Of a DNA stretch of 48,671 nucleotides, positions 30,705-41,229 are shown one piece after another (the stretch's first letter is position 1; each line of letters starts with the position of its first letter). This stretch comes from Pedosphaera sp. (lineage in GTDB: Bacteria > Verrucomicrobiota > Verrucomicrobiia > Limisphaerales > SIBH01). A program made the translations under genes and the position numbers. The notes below the pieces were generated by a model. The model was not told the origin of the DNA, searched no databases, and was given only the letters and a program-made list of their open reading frames with translations. The stretch lies in contig JANOQV010000009.1 of the NCBI GenBank assembly GCA_031414955.1, positions 1 to 48,671 on the forward strand, given 5' to 3'.

Positions 30705-30871
30705 GGCCGTGATGTTGTTGCGCGGCGTGCGCGCGGGGCAAGCCAGGAATGGAGCGCGACCATGGAGGGGGGGCACATCTTGGAAGTGCCACCGTGGTCC
30801 GGCCTGTCACCGCGACACTTTCCAGTCTCGTGTGGGTGGCACTATCAAGCTGCGCGACCTCGGCCTGGAAC

Positions 30872-31306
30872 CTAGTCTCCAAACCACGACCGCCAGGGAA
30901 GATTCCGCAACACGCCGAACCCAACCACCACCAGGGCGAACAGGCCCCACCAACGAGGACTCTTGAACGGATGCGCCACTCGCCGTCCGGTGAAGAGGAA
31001 AAGCAACTGACGCAAAGCGTAGAAGGCGGCCAGCGGCAGGAGCAGAAAGAGCAACGGGTTCAACTGGAAGGCCGCGCCGAAGTGCCCGTGCAACAACTGG
31101 TGCATGGCGCGCAGCCCGCCACAGCCGGGACAGTCCAGGCCGGTGAAGGATTTAAGAAAGCAACGAGGATAGAACCGGGCTTCAGACGGATTGAAAGCGA
31201 ACAGAACAACCACCACCACGAACGAGACCACCAGCACACTGATCGTGATCGACCAGATCAACGCCGGGCGGGAGCGAATCGGGACGGCGTGACCGACTGC
31301 CTCCAT
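30872..31306 (-). CDS. DUF2752 domain membrane protein
   Basis: PRCFLKSFTGLDCPGCGGLRAMHQLLHG...NPL...VLRNLP. Confidence 0.88.
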   Translation of the reverse strand: MEAVGHAVPIRSRPALIWSITISVLVVSFVVVVVLFAFNPSEARFYPRCFLKSFTGLDCPGCGGLRAMHQLLHGHFGAAFQLNPLLFLLLPLAAFYALRQLLFLFTGRRVAHPFKSPRWWGLFALVVVGFGVLRNLPWRSWFGD

Positions 31307-31317
31307 GTCCACCTCCC

Positions 31318-31818
31318 TCACCCTTTGAACCTCTGGATAATGTCTTTGAGATTCACCGCCACTCCCAGAGCCACCACAACAGCAATCAGGATGAACTGAA
31401 GGACACCCATGATGATTCCTGCCTTGGCCATCACCCGGTTGCTGCCCGCGTCCGGCACATTCTTCAGTTGTGAGAGCGCAATGCAGCCGAAGACAATGGC
31501 GAGGACATTAAAAGGGAATCCATAACAGCAACAGGCCAACGGCAGACTCACGACGCCCATCACCAAGGACGCAATCGCCATCGAGTTACTCTGGCCCGCG
31601 AGTGCGGGAGAACTTGCAGGGAAAGGCGCGGGGCCAGGGGCCGGAGCCGACGCACTGGGCGAGAACTCGGGAAAGCTGTGCAGCGGCCGCCAATCCGTCT
31701 GGCCCTCGCCTTGAATGAGGGTCTGGGCATTGACCCGGCCCTGGGCCATCCATTGACGCAAATCATCCGCGCTGACCGGCCCGTACTGCTTTTGATCCGA
31801 CCCGATGATTTTATACAT
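31318..31818 (-). CDS. GYF_2/DUF4339 plus DUF4190 membrane protein
   Basis: MYKIIGSDQKQYGPV...W...W.PL..FPEF; MAIASLVMG...CC...AIVFGCIALSQ...MAKAG. Confidence 0.85.
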   Translation of the reverse strand: MYKIIGSDQKQYGPVSADDLRQWMAQGRVNAQTLIQGEGQTDWRPLHSFPEFSPSASAPAPGPAPFPASSPALAGQSNSMAIASLVMGVVSLPLACCCYGFPFNVLAIVFGCIALSQLKNVPDAGSNRVMAKAGIIMGVLQFILIAVVVALGVAVNLKDIIQRFKG

Positions 31819-32069
31819 GAGTTGCTCCTGCGCAGAGTGTTGGTGCGGATGGATGACAGATGCAGGAGTTGAATCCAACAGCAAAGTGGCCGGGCGAAAG
31901 AGGACGAGGAATACAGGCCAGGACCAACCGAACCGTTGGGACGGCGGGCCTCCAAACCGACGATGCGACGGGCCAAGGTCGGCCGGCAGGTTGCTGGCCA
32001 GCGCGCAACGCTCGCCCGCGCCCGGCAGTTGCAATTGTTTTCCTCCGCTGCATACTCCGCCCGCCAAAT

Positions 32070-33074
32070 ATGAAGATGCACCTGTTGCTCAATTCTTTAC
32101 TCGCGTTCGGCGCGATTTCACTCCTCGGCCTTCGCGCCGTCGCTGATCCAATTCTGCCCTACCAGTTGCCCATCGCGCAGCAATTGACCAACGACATCAA
32201 CTCAGGAGCGGGCAACCAGGCGGCCTTGGGCCGCGCCAACCAGGAATTCCACCATCGCTCCCGTTCGTTGAGCGGCGACTTGGTCATCTTGCGCAGCCTC
32301 AACAGCCTGCTTCACGACGAACCCAATTATCCGGCCCTGCTCCAGGCGGCGGCAGACGATTACCTCGCCGATTTCACCGCGCGCAGTGCCGCCCTGGCTG
32401 ATCAACTGCGGGCCGCCCCGCGAAGCTCCACCAAGAGCAGCGCGCGGAGCCTGCTGCGCCGCATCGACGATTCACTCTCGAACGCCGCCCTGGCCGCCAC
32501 GACATCGGCGAAACTCCGTTTGCTGGCCAACGCCGCTTCGCGGTTCGGCCCGGCGGTCAACATTGTCCGGAACGCGCTGCGTCAACCGGTGGGACTCAGT
32601 TCCATGTCGGCGCGAATCGGAGCTCTGGACTTCCAAGCGACGCGCGGATTCATCGCCGGGGGCACAAATTTCCAAGCCACTCCGGGCACGAGCAACGGGC
32701 TGTTTGACGCGGGTCTGGGCACTTTTGACGTGACCGCTGTGGCCAATGGCGGGGTCGTCCGTTCGATCCATTTGCATGTGGAGGGGATCGGCACCAACAC
32801 TCCGGCGACCTATCCGCTGGGCGTGGGCCAGAACTCGGCCTATTACCGCGCCACTGATTTATCGACCCGCCGCGAATACCATTTCGATGCGCGGAGCGGA
32901 CTGACCAACAGCCTGGTAACGAACGCCTGGGTGACTTTTGATTACATCGGCACGAACTATGTGCTGGCCCGGTTCGCCTTCCTGGGCACGAATTCGCGGC
33001 CGCCCTACAGCAATGCCCCCAACACCGTCGTGACTGTTTCGAGCGGGCGTGTGCAGTTAAACTTTAGTCATTGA
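32070..33074 (+). CDS. secreted hypothetical protein (helical N-half, beta-rich C-half)
   Basis: signal peptide from ATG 32070; long ORF with host-like codon bias. Confidence 0.7.
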   Translation: MKMHLLLNSLLAFGAISLLGLRAVADPILPYQLPIAQQLTNDINSGAGNQAALGRANQEFHHRSRSLSGDLVILRSLNSLLHDEPNYPALLQAAADDYLADFTARSAALADQLRAAPRSSTKSSARSLLRRIDDSLSNAALAATTSAKLRLLANAASRFGPAVNIVRNALRQPVGLSSMSARIGALDFQATRGFIAGGTNFQATPGTSNGLFDAGLGTFDVTAVANGGVVRSIHLHVEGIGTNTPATYPLGVGQNSAYYRATDLSTRREYHFDARSGLTNSLVTNAWVTFDYIGTNYVLARFAFLGTNSRPPYSNAPNTVVTVSSGRVQLNFSH

Positions 33075-33225
33075 GGGCGCGTCCGGTCGGTGGGCGAAAA
33101 TCGTGACCACGCCCGGTGGCACTTCGGGACACGGGTGCGAGTTCCGATATTTTGATCTCGCGCCAGCACACCACGCAAAATAGGAAGCTTGCTCTCCGGC
33201 CCGCCTCGCCAATCATCTCCGGCCA

Positions 33226-34248
33226 ATGCCGCAAGCTGATATTTTACCGACACACACACCCGCGTTGTTTCGCTTGGCCGTGGAGCGGGCCGTGGAGGCT
33301 TTAAGCCGCGGCGAAGTGGTGGCCTTGCCCACCGAAACGGTTTACGGCCTGGCCGCCAACGCCTTGGACGAGGCCGCGGTGCGTCGCATATTCGAGGTGA
33401 AGGGACGTCCGATGCGCAACCCCATCATCGTCCACATCGCGGATCTCACGATGGCGCGGGCCTGTGTGTCCACCTGGCCGGAACTGGCCGACCGGCTTGC
33501 GGCGGCCTTCTGGCCCGGGCCACTCACGCTGGTGCTGCGGCGGGCCCGCGCAATTTCCGATACGGTCACGGCGGGAGGCGCGACCGTGGGTTTGCGCTGG
33601 CCGAGTCATCCCTTCATGCAGGCGGTGATTCGCGCCTGCGGTTTCCCGTTGGCCGCGCCGAGTGCAAATCGCTCCAACAAAGTCTCACCCACTAATGCGG
33701 GGCACGTCGCGCGCAGTCTAGGGGATCGCATTCGGCTGATTGTTGATGGCGGGCAGTCGCAAGTAGGTCTTGAGTCCACGGTGCTGGACGTGACGGTGGC
33801 GCCGCCCCGCGTGCTGCGCCCTGGAATGATTCACGAGGAATCGCTCCTGGCCGTGACCGGCTCGGTACAACGCGGCGGAGGCGGCGATGGGGTCGCCTTG
33901 CCCAGTCCGGGCCTGTTGCGAAAACATTACTCACCGCAGGCGCGACTCGTGGTGCTGCGCTGGAATGGCGACGCAGAGTTGGCGGCGAAGTTGGGCGTGC
34001 TCCAGGTGGAGCACGGCGTCGCACCCGCGCGCATCCTCATCATTGCCCACACGCACATTCCAATGGCGGCACACGGAGCCGACGTAAGCGTGATTCCACA
34101 CGATGCCGAGGCCTTCGCGCGCGCCTTCTACGCGGAGTTGCATCGCAGCGAAGAGACCGGCGCGGCGCTGATCGTGGTGGAAGCGCTCCCGGACGGGCCG
34201 GAGTGGCGGGCCATCGAGGATCGGTTGCAACGCGCGGCGGCGGATTAA
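33226..34248 (+). CDS. sua5: L-threonylcarbamoyladenylate synthase (Sua5 type)
   Basis: PTETVYGLAANA, KGRP-NPIIVH, FWPGPLTL, AAPSAN, ESTVLD, SPG...HYSP and SUA5 C-domain. Confidence 0.95.
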   Translation: MPQADILPTHTPALFRLAVERAVEALSRGEVVALPTETVYGLAANALDEAAVRRIFEVKGRPMRNPIIVHIADLTMARACVSTWPELADRLAAAFWPGPLTLVLRRARAISDTVTAGGATVGLRWPSHPFMQAVIRACGFPLAAPSANRSNKVSPTNAGHVARSLGDRIRLIVDGGQSQVGLESTVLDVTVAPPRVLRPGMIHEESLLAVTGSVQRGGGGDGVALPSPGLLRKHYSPQARLVVLRWNGDAELAAKLGVLQVEHGVAPARILIIAHTHIPMAAHGADVSVIPHDAEAFARAFYAELHRSEETGAALIVVEALPDGPEWRAIEDRLQRAAAD

Positions 34249-34378
34249 CTCTCAACTCCAGTGGCACGTCGGAAGGCGGAGCGGCGATCGAATCGGGGCA
34301 ATCAACTTTTGACCGCCGAGGCAGGCTGTCTGTTTTCGCGGAGTTGCGGTGAGGTCTCTTCATTCGTAGCGTCGGCTC

Positions 34379-35113
34379 ATGCAACGCCTCTTCTGGGTGG
34401 GAATCAGTTTTACGTTGGCCGTGGCGCGGGGGTTTTCCGCCGACGCGCCGCGGCCAGCCGCGTCCAATCTTTACGAAAGCCGAACCGCGCACGATCCGAA
34501 CGGCATCGGCAAGTTTTATCAGGGCCGCGAGATCGCGCATGTGATGGGACATCAGGCCGCGTCTTGGCTGGAGCGGGGCACTCGCGAGGAGGAGGAGCGC
34601 ACGCAGTTGCTCCTCGACGCCCTCAAATTCAAACCCGGCGAAGTGGTGGCCGACATCGGCGTGGGCACGGGCTATCACACGCGCCGCATCGCGCCGAAGA
34701 TTCTGCCGGGCGGTAAGGTTTACGCGGTGGACATCCAGCAAGAGATGCTGGATCTGCTGACCAACCATGTCGCGCGTCTGGGTCTGACCAATGTCGTGCC
34801 GGTGCTCGGCACGATCACCGACCCCAAACTGCCAGCAGGCGCGATGGACACCATCCTGCTGGTGGATGTGTATCACGAGTTCGATCATCCGTTCGAGATG
34901 ACGGAGGCGATGTGTCGCGCCCTGAAGCCCGGCGGGCGCATCGTCTTCGTGGAGTTCCGTGCCGAGGATGAGTCAGTGCCAATCAAACGCGTCCACAAGA
35001 TGAGCGAAGCCCAGGTGAAGAAAGAGGTGACGTTGCATCCGCTGGCATGGAAGGAAACGCTGACGGTCCTGCCGTGGCAGCACATCATCGTGTTCAGCAA
35101 GCAGGCGCGGTAA
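34379..35113 (+). CDS. class I SAM-dependent methyltransferase with signal-like N-terminus
   Basis: GREIAHVMGH, VADIGVGTGY, AVDIQ, VDVYHEF, ALKPGGR. Confidence 0.9.
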   Translation: MQRLFWVGISFTLAVARGFSADAPRPAASNLYESRTAHDPNGIGKFYQGREIAHVMGHQAASWLERGTREEEERTQLLLDALKFKPGEVVADIGVGTGYHTRRIAPKILPGGKVYAVDIQQEMLDLLTNHVARLGLTNVVPVLGTITDPKLPAGAMDTILLVDVYHEFDHPFEMTEAMCRALKPGGRIVFVEFRAEDESVPIKRVHKMSEAQVKKEVTLHPLAWKETLTVLPWQHIIVFSKQAR

Positions 35114-35144
35114 GGGCAAGGACACTTCCGCGAACCGCACTCCC

Positions 35145-35831
35145 TTACGGCTTGAGGATGCAGTTGCTGTAGTTGGTGTCGCCAGTGTTCTCGAGGTGCG
35201 TCAGGAGTTGAAACGGAGTGAACTGCTGCACGCTGCCATCCACCAGCGCCATATTGCCTTCGTTCTGATGCGTTTCGGCGTTCCAGGACGTGCCGCCGCT
35301 AAAGGGGACCAGGGTGGTGACGAGATTGGTAAGGCCCGCCTTAGTGCAGGTCTTGGGAAAGGCGCCGTTGATGTTACGGTCCACCACGACATGCATGGAA
35401 GTGTTCCCCTCCGTGGCCTCGGTACCAATGGCGTAGCTAAGGGCATTGTTGCCGACGTTCAGCAAAGTGTTGCCAGTGCCGGTGAACGCATCGGCGGCAG
35501 TGCGTGACTTGTCCATCGCGCAATGGAGGACCTTGGGTGTGGCAAGTTCATTCGAGAGGACGGCGAAGTGCTCCCAAGCATTGCTCAGGCCGTAGGAACC
35601 GCCATCGGCTGCATTCACAATCCACAGATATTTCCCCTCGTGGTCCATGGACCAGAGAATGATGCCCACGCCGGCCTGCTTCATGTTGCTCACGCAAGCG
35701 ATGCGTTGGGCCTTGGTTTTCGCCTTGCCCAGGGCGGGCAGCAGCATGGCGGCCAGGATGGCGATGATGGCAATGACCACGAGCAACTCAATCAGAGTAA
35801 AGGCTCCGCGCGATTTTGTTTTGTAACCCAT
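35145..35831 (-). CDS. prepilin-type N-terminal cleavage/methylation protein with H-X9-DG motif
   Basis: [46 protein letters not shown]. Confidence 0.92.
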   Translation of the reverse strand: MGYKTKSRGAFTLIELLVVIAIIAILAAMLLPALGKAKTKAQRIACVSNMKQAGVGIILWSMDHEGKYLWIVNAADGGSYGLSNAWEHFAVLSNELATPKVLHCAMDKSRTAADAFTGTGNTLLNVGNNALSYAIGTEATEGNTSMHVVVDRNINGAFPKTCTKAGLTNLVTTLVPFSGGTSWNAETHQNEGNMALVDGSVQQFTPFQLLTHLENTGDTNYSNCILKP

Positions 35832-36067
35832 GCGCCTATTAAGACGGCAACCGAGCGAAATGTTTCAACAGTTTTACAACTCAAGTTTGCGATGGATGAT
35901 CTTGACCCTGTTATCCGCTGGAGCCGGCGAAGTGGAAGTAGTCGCGCTGCGACCACTGGTAAAGCCGGAAATGCCTAGTTTCAGGGAGACTTGTTGAGGC
36001 CACGACGTCGTGGCCTTCAGGCCATTCGCACCGGAGGACAGGGACTTGGAGACGTGCCTGGCCGCGC

Positions 36068-37273
36068 TCAAAGGCGGCCTTGCTGATGTTCACGTCCCCG
36101 ATACGCCGCAAAGAAATAGACGAGGACGAACGCAACCACGACCGCGAGCACGCCCCAGAACAGCGGCCAGTTCACCACGCCGTTGCGCGCGGCCGCATGG
36201 AACCACCAGCCGGTGCCAAGGTAGCCGCAGAGATTTCCCACCCCGCCCGTCACCACGCTGAACAGCGCCTGCGCCCGGACCCGCCACGCCGGGTCAATGC
36301 GTTGATCGAGATAGATCTGGGCCGTGATGAAGAACAACGTGAAGGCAAATCCGTGCAGGGTCAGCCCGGCCAGCACCCACGCCTTGCCGTCCAGAGTGCA
36401 AAGCGCATAACGCACCAGTCCGAAGGCCAGCCCTGCGCCCAGTGTCCACTTCAACCGCCACTGGCCCAACAGGCGGGACAACCCCACCAGCGCGATGATT
36501 TCCGAGATCTGCCCGAGCGTCATCCAAGCCGACACGCGCTCCAATCCCAACTCCTTCAAGTGGGTCGGCGTGTACGGATAAAAAGCCGCCAACGGAATCG
36601 AGAACAGCGCGGCCGTGATGAAAACCACCCGGTGATCGCGCACCTTCAACAACGCCAGCGCGTCCAGCCCCAACCTTTGCCGCAACGTGGTGTGGCCACC
36701 GGAATCCAGCGGCGGCGGGGTCGGCAACCAGCGCGTGAACACCGCGACCAACATCCAAATCACCGCCCCCGTGTAACACGCCATCGACGAACTATCCGCG
36801 CCCATCGCGCTCACCAGCCAGCAGCCGGCCATCCAGCCCAAGGTGGCCAGCGCGCGGATTGGTCCGAACTGGCGCGGCGCATTGCTCAATCGCCCCAGCA
36901 CGATCGAGGTGGAAAGACCCCAGGTCGGCGACGCGCACAAAGCGTGCAATTGAATGCATCCCAGCACCAGCCACGGGGCCGCTCCGCGCTCGATGGCCGT
37001 CGCCGCCAGCGCCATGGAAAGTCCCGTCGCCACCGCCAGCCAGCGCAGCACCCGCACCGGAGCCACATGCCGGTCGGCCATGGCGCCAAACACCAGCGGC
37101 GACACGAACGCCGCCAGCGCCGAGGTGGCGAAAGCGTAGGGCTTGATGTCCTGCAAGCCATGCGCGTCGAGCACCGTGCCCAACGGAACGAACCAGGCTC
37201 CCATCGCCATGGCGTGGAGAAAAAATAAAAGCGAAAGCTCGGCGAATTCAGCCGGCCGGATGACCCGTTGCAC
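36068..37273 (-). CDS. MFS transporter, nucleoside:H+ symporter (NupG/XapB-like)
   Basis: about 12 TM segments; GAMADRH, FGPIRALATLGW, MTLGQISE, LHGFAFTLFF, RVRAQAL; start approximate. Confidence 0.88.
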   Translation of the reverse strand: MQRVIRPAEFAELSLLFFLHAMAMGAWFVPLGTVLDAHGLQDIKPYAFATSALAAFVSPLVFGAMADRHVAPVRVLRWLAVATGLSMALAATAIERGAAPWLVLGCIQLHALCASPTWGLSTSIVLGRLSNAPRQFGPIRALATLGWMAGCWLVSAMGADSSSMACYTGAVIWMLVAVFTRWLPTPPPLDSGGHTTLRQRLGLDALALLKVRDHRVVFITAALFSIPLAAFYPYTPTHLKELGLERVSAWMTLGQISEIIALVGLSRLLGQWRLKWTLGAGLAFGLVRYALCTLDGKAWVLAGLTLHGFAFTLFFITAQIYLDQRIDPAWRVRAQALFSVVTGGVGNLCGYLGTGWWFHAAARNGVVNWPLFWGVLAVVVAFVLVYFFAAYRGREHQQGRL

Positions 37274-37377
37274 GCGGAAGAGAACGCACGGCAAAAGTGA
37301 AATTACAAGTCTGCGCCGACGGAGTTCGGCAGCGATGTCGCATTGACCTGCCCGAAACACCATGTTGAAAATCCGCG

Positions 37378-37710
37378 ATGGCAAATACTGAATTGAAGAT
37401 TGAAACCATCACCCTCGGCACCGGTGCCGCCCCCAAGCAGGGCGACGTGGTTTCCGTGCATTACACCGGCCTGTTCACCACGGGCGGAAAATTCGACAGC
37501 TCGGTGGATCGCAATCAGCCGTTTCAGTTCACGCTCGGGGCCGGAGAAGTCATTGCCGGCTGGGACCTCGGCGTGGCGCGAATGAAGGTCGGAGACAAGG
37601 TCAAGCTGACCATTCCGCCGGAACTGGCCTACGGCAGTGAAGGTTACCCCGGGGCCATTCCGCCGAACTCCACGCTGATCTTTGAAGTGGAATTGCTCGG
37701 CATCGGCTGA
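37378..37710 (+). CDS. FKBP-type peptidyl-prolyl isomerase
   Basis: [38 protein letters not shown]. Confidence 0.96.
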   Translation: MANTELKIETITLGTGAAPKQGDVVSVHYTGLFTTGGKFDSSVDRNQPFQFTLGAGEVIAGWDLGVARMKVGDKVKLTIPPELAYGSEGYPGAIPPNSTLIFEVELLGIG

Positions 37711-37722
37711 ACGCCGCCGGGC

Positions 37723-37770
37723 GTAACGCCGGCTTTCCAGCCGGCAGGTAGCGAGACTTTCCAGTCTCGT
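37723..37770. repeat. REP-like double hairpin; partial copy at about 30811-30832
   Basis: GCCGGCT-ttcc-AGCCGGC and CGAGACT-ttcc-AGTCTCG; ACTTTCCAGTCTCGTG recurs upstream of panC. Confidence 0.6.
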
Positions 37771-37813
37771 GTTGTTGCTGCTCTCGGGCGCGACTCGGCC
37801 CTGCCCCCCAAGG

Positions 37814-38215
37814 TCAGCCGCCCGCAAACACGGGCCGGAACCCCGCCTCGGTGAGAATGCGCGCGACTTCCGCGCGCTTGTCGCCGTGAATCTCGATGTT
37901 GCCATCTTTGACCGTGCCGCCCGTGCCGCAGGTCTTCTGCATCTGGCGGGCGAGCTTTTCCTTCTCCGGCAATCCGATGCCGACGAAGTTTGTGATCACC
38001 GTGACCGTCTTGCCCCCGCGATGGGCCGTCTGGCGGATGATGTCCACGCGCCCGCGACTTTTCTTCTTTGTGAGGGAGGAAGCATCTCCCCCGCCCTGTC
38101 CTGCCAAGGCATCGGTCTCTTTCCCGACGGGCAGACCTTCGGTTTTCAAAGCCGCAAAAGGATTGTTCCCGAAAGCCGGGCCGCCCTCAGTCGGGATTCT
38201 CTTCTTGTCACTCAT
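37814..38215 (-). CDS. yciH: SUI1/YciH family translation initiation factor
   Basis: RGGKTVTVI, KTCGTGGTVKDGNIEIHGD. Confidence 0.9.
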   Translation of the reverse strand: MSDKKRIPTEGGPAFGNNPFAALKTEGLPVGKETDALAGQGGGDASSLTKKKSRGRVDIIRQTAHRGGKTVTVITNFVGIGLPEKEKLARQMQKTCGTGGTVKDGNIEIHGDKRAEVARILTEAGFRPVFAGG

Positions 38216-38240
38216 AAATTTGTCGCACCGGGTTGCGTCG

Positions 38241-39182
38241 CTACTTCTTCTTGGGCGCGGCCAGATCAGGCAGAACGCTCGCGCCGAATTCCTGCCAGCG
38301 ACGGTTCAACGCCTTCGTGTCGCTCAAACCGCCGTGGACATAAAACCCGTAACGCAACTGCAACGGCGCGTTGGTCTCGATGGTCCGGGCACCGTCGAAG
38401 GTAAGCGATGCGCCCATCCAGCCATCGTCGCGCACATGGAAGTGGCTGGGGTGGTTCGGATTCTTCGGATGATCGAGGAAAGTGATACCCTCAATGACAT
38501 TCGAGACAATGGACCCGGAGTAATCCACCCAACGCGCGCGTTTCCAGAAGACGTTGGTTTCGTTCACGGCACCCTCGGAGTTGCGGATCATTCCCCCGCC
38601 GTCGTTCACGCCCATGCTCTTGGCCATGCGCACCGCCGCGAGACCAAACGGTGTCTTGCCGAGCGTGACCGCTTCCCGCGCGGCCTCGAAGCGCACATCG
38701 AGCAGAAGCAGCCACTCATTGCTGGCGAGGGATTGCACCGTCATGCGCCGCCGTTCCCAGAGCAGCACACGATTCGTCTCGCCCCACGAGTGCAACACCG
38801 TGGCTGCCGCGGAGTCATCACCATCCTCAAGCTTCTCCACTCGCACGGCGCGAATCTGCCCGCGGCCCCCATCGCCCCAGAGGCTGAGGCCATCCACGTC
38901 GTGATGAGAAAGCCAAAGTGAATTGTGATGACTGTGCCCCACCGGATCATGCGGATGCCCCATGCGCGTGAGGGATCGTCCGCCCGGTCCATTCAGCGGA
39001 TACAAAAACGTGCGCTTGTCCGCCGGATCGAAATGAAATCGCGTCAATTCCAACCCGTCGCGCTGAAAGGAAATCTGGTGATGCGGCAGCGGCAACGCCT
39101 GCATGCGCGGCACGGGCTTGGGCGCAAACTGGGCACACACACCGATGGCACCGCACAACAGAATGGTGAGCGAGAATTTCAC
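38241..39182 (-). CDS. DUF6807/PmoA-like secreted protein
   Basis: FLYPLNGPGG-SLTR, HSHHNSLWLSH, GKTPFG, RARWVDYSG, DHPKNPNHPS-FHVR; GTG start approximate. Confidence 0.78.
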   Translation of the reverse strand: MKFSLTILLCGAIGVCAQFAPKPVPRMQALPLPHHQISFQRDGLELTRFHFDPADKRTFLYPLNGPGGRSLTRMGHPHDPVGHSHHNSLWLSHHDVDGLSLWGDGGRGQIRAVRVEKLEDGDDSAAATVLHSWGETNRVLLWERRRMTVQSLASNEWLLLLDVRFEAAREAVTLGKTPFGLAAVRMAKSMGVNDGGGMIRNSEGAVNETNVFWKRARWVDYSGSIVSNVIEGITFLDHPKNPNHPSHFHVRDDGWMGASLTFDGARTIETNAPLQLRYGFYVHGGLSDTKALNRRWQEFGASVLPDLAAPKKK

Positions 39183-39496
39183 GGCGGCGAGGATGTTCCA
39201 TCCGTCGGCAGACGTGAAGTTGAAATTGACTTCCGCACTTTGAAGTAGCGAACAAAGCCAAACAACAATCCCGCCACGCACAAAGCCTTCCACACGAACA
39301 GCCACCACGGCTTCCACCAGGCACCGGTGCGCGCCTCGACCAGATCGGAGCCGCCAAACACCACCATCGTGACGGCGAGCAACCACAGCGTGGGCCGCAG
39401 CGGCCTGGGCTGGCTGAATGCGAAGCCCAACAGGACGAGGGACAGCAAAACCCACATGCCTGCCTCGATGAGATTGCCGTCGCGTTGCAAATCCAT
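39179..39496 (-). CDS. small membrane protein
   Basis: three hydrophobic segments, FGGSDLVE-TGAWWKPWWL. Confidence 0.7.
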   Translation of the reverse strand: MDLQRDGNLIEAGMWVLLSLVLLGFAFSQPRPLRPTLWLLAVTMVVFGGSDLVEARTGAWWKPWWLFVWKALCVAGLLFGFVRYFKVRKSISTSRLPTDGTSSPP

Positions 39497-39545
39497 GTGC
39501 CAAGGGTGTCAGCCGCACTTCCCCAGCGCGAGCATGAAGAGACCT

Positions 39546-40610
39546 TCAACTCCGGGCGAAACTCTCCGTCCGCCGACGCAACTGCCCACACGCCGCGTCG
39601 ATGTCCTTGCCGCGCGAGCGGCGGAAGTGCGCGACAAGTTTCCGCGCGCGCAGAATTTCAGCGAACGCCTCAGCCGTCTCATCCGATGATGGCTCGTAAG
39701 CAATGCCACGCAGACTCAACCCGGTGGGATTGTAGCGCAGCAGATTGATGTGCATCCGTCGCGAGCCGATCAATTCTGCGAGCAGCCGCGCGTGTTCCAG
39801 CGAGTCATTCACGCCCGCGAGCAGGCAATACTGAATCGTCACCGGCCGTCCGCGACTCGCCTGAAAACGATCCGCCGCCGCGAGAATGTCCGCGATGGGA
39901 TAGCGTTTCCCCATCGGCAGCAACCGGGCGCGCGTGGCGTCATCGGGCGCGTGGAGAGAAACCGCGAGATGAATGTTCAACCCCGTCGCCGTGAGCGCCT
40001 CGATGCCCGGCACGATGCCAACCGTGGACACAGTGATCTGCCTCCAACCCAGCGCACCGAGTTTATTATCCGCCATCCGCCGCACCGCCGCGAGCACCGC
40101 GTCGAGATTCAGCAGCGGTTCGCCCATGCCCATGAAGACCACCGTCTGAAGTTTGCGCCCGACCGCCTGCGCCTCGCGTCGCAAGGCCAGGAACTGCTCC
40201 ACGATTTCTCCAGCGGTGAGATTGCGTTCAAAACCCGTCTTCGTCGTGGCGCAAAAATCACACCCCATCGCACACCCCACCTGCGATGAGATGCACCCCG
40301 CCGCGCGGTCGTCGCGAAAGTCCGGCATCAACACCGACTCCACCGTGCGCCCATCGCCAAGCCGCAGCAGCAGCTTGGTCGTCCCATCCGTCGCCACCTG
40401 TCGCACCGCCAGCGTCGCCGCACTCGGTGTGAGTTCCGCCCGCAACCGCTCGACCAATCCCTGCGGTAGCCCGCGTGACGGCGAACTCACGATGTCGCCA
40501 CCCGCATAGAAAGCTCGCAACACCCGCGCCGCGTGACTGGGTTTGTAGCCCCACGCCGCGAACTGCTTCGCGAGCGGGGCGGGATCGAAGTCAGCGAGCG
40601 GGGCAAACAC
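39546..40610 (-). CDS. rlmN: RlmN/Cfr-family radical SAM RNA methyltransferase
   Basis: CISSQVGCAMGCDFC, MGMGEPLLN, SLHAP, DIDAACGQL. Confidence 0.93.
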   Translation of the reverse strand: MFAPLADFDPAPLAKQFAAWGYKPSHAARVLRAFYAGGDIVSSPSRGLPQGLVERLRAELTPSAATLAVRQVATDGTTKLLLRLGDGRTVESVLMPDFRDDRAAGCISSQVGCAMGCDFCATTKTGFERNLTAGEIVEQFLALRREAQAVGRKLQTVVFMGMGEPLLNLDAVLAAVRRMADNKLGALGWRQITVSTVGIVPGIEALTATGLNIHLAVSLHAPDDATRARLLPMGKRYPIADILAAADRFQASRGRPVTIQYCLLAGVNDSLEHARLLAELIGSRRMHINLLRYNPTGLSLRGIAYEPSSDETAEAFAEILRARKLVAHFRRSRGKDIDAACGQLRRRTESFARS

Positions 40611-40650
40611 AAGGTGACGGGGCTTTGGTCAGCATCGGGGAAAAGCGATC

Positions 40651-40932
40651 TCAGTAAACCTCGTCGTGCGTACCGATCGCTTCGAGAGCAACGGCTGGCT
40701 GTCCCTCATGTTTGGTCAGGCGGAAGACGACGCGCAAATCATAGCCGCCGCTGGCCGACCAAGAACCTGCCAGCGCGCCCTTGAGCTTGTGGGTTCGCAA
40801 CGCCGGAGCGAAAGGGTCAGCGGACAGACATTCCAGGAGGCTTTCTATTTCCGACGATGCTCCCGGATGTTTTTTGAGGTATCGCTTGGCAGAGCGCAGG
40901 AAGGCCGGGCTGGGCAGCAGGACGTGCTTCAC
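40651..40932 (-). CDS. RelE/YafQ-superfamily type II toxin
   Basis: [11 protein letters not shown]...[19 protein letters not shown]...YDLRVVF...IGTHDEVY. Confidence 0.9.
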   Translation of the reverse strand: MKHVLLPSPAFLRSAKRYLKKHPGASSEIESLLECLSADPFAPALRTHKLKGALAGSWSASGGYDLRVVFRLTKHEGQPAVALEAIGTHDEVY

Positions 40933-41135
40933 GGTTTCACCTGGCGCATGATGGAGGCGACGGAAGCGGGCTTGCACTTGCCGGCGGCCTGTTCTTTCCG
41001 GGACTGCTTCACAGTCGCGATCAGTTCAGCCCGGCGGCGTTCCGTCAGGCGGCGGTTCATGATTTCCAAGACAGACTCTTGTTCCTCAAGAGGCAAGGCT
41101 TCCAAAGCTTCCAGCGTGGCGGCGTAGCTGTTCAT
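40929..41135 (-). CDS. cognate antitoxin
   Basis: 68 aa, [15 protein letters not shown]...RRAEL; GTGA overlap with the toxin. Confidence 0.8.
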   Translation of the reverse strand: MNSYAATLEALEALPLEEQESVLEIMNRRLTERRRAELIATVKQSRKEQAAGKCKPASVASIMRQVKP

Positions 41136-41142
41136 GGCGGGA

Positions 41143-41171
41143 ACGATACGTTTGGCAGTTGAATTTGCCAA
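41143..41171 (-). promoter_or_regulatory. TA promoter with overlapping inverted repeat
   Basis: minus strand TTGGCA-17 nt-TATCGT, 7 nt before ATG; TTGGCA-N8-TGCCAA inverted repeat overlaps the -35. Confidence 0.55.
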
Positions 41172-41177
41172 TCCCGG

Positions 41178-41210
41178 AAACAAAAAGCTGCCCCGGTTTC
41201 CCGGAGCGGC
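41178..41210 (-). terminator. intrinsic terminator after ppdK copy A
   Basis: GCCGCTCCGG-GAAA-CCGGGGCAGC followed by TTTTTGTTT. Confidence 0.85.
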
Positions 41211-41229
41211 TTGGTGATCCTGAAGTCGA

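Noticed and set aside
171..40289. Many long antisense or alternate-frame ORFs (for example 12574-14241, 15412-16875, 20370-21905, 27926-29452)
   Set aside because: Shadow ORFs of well-supported genes in high-GC DNA; no motifs
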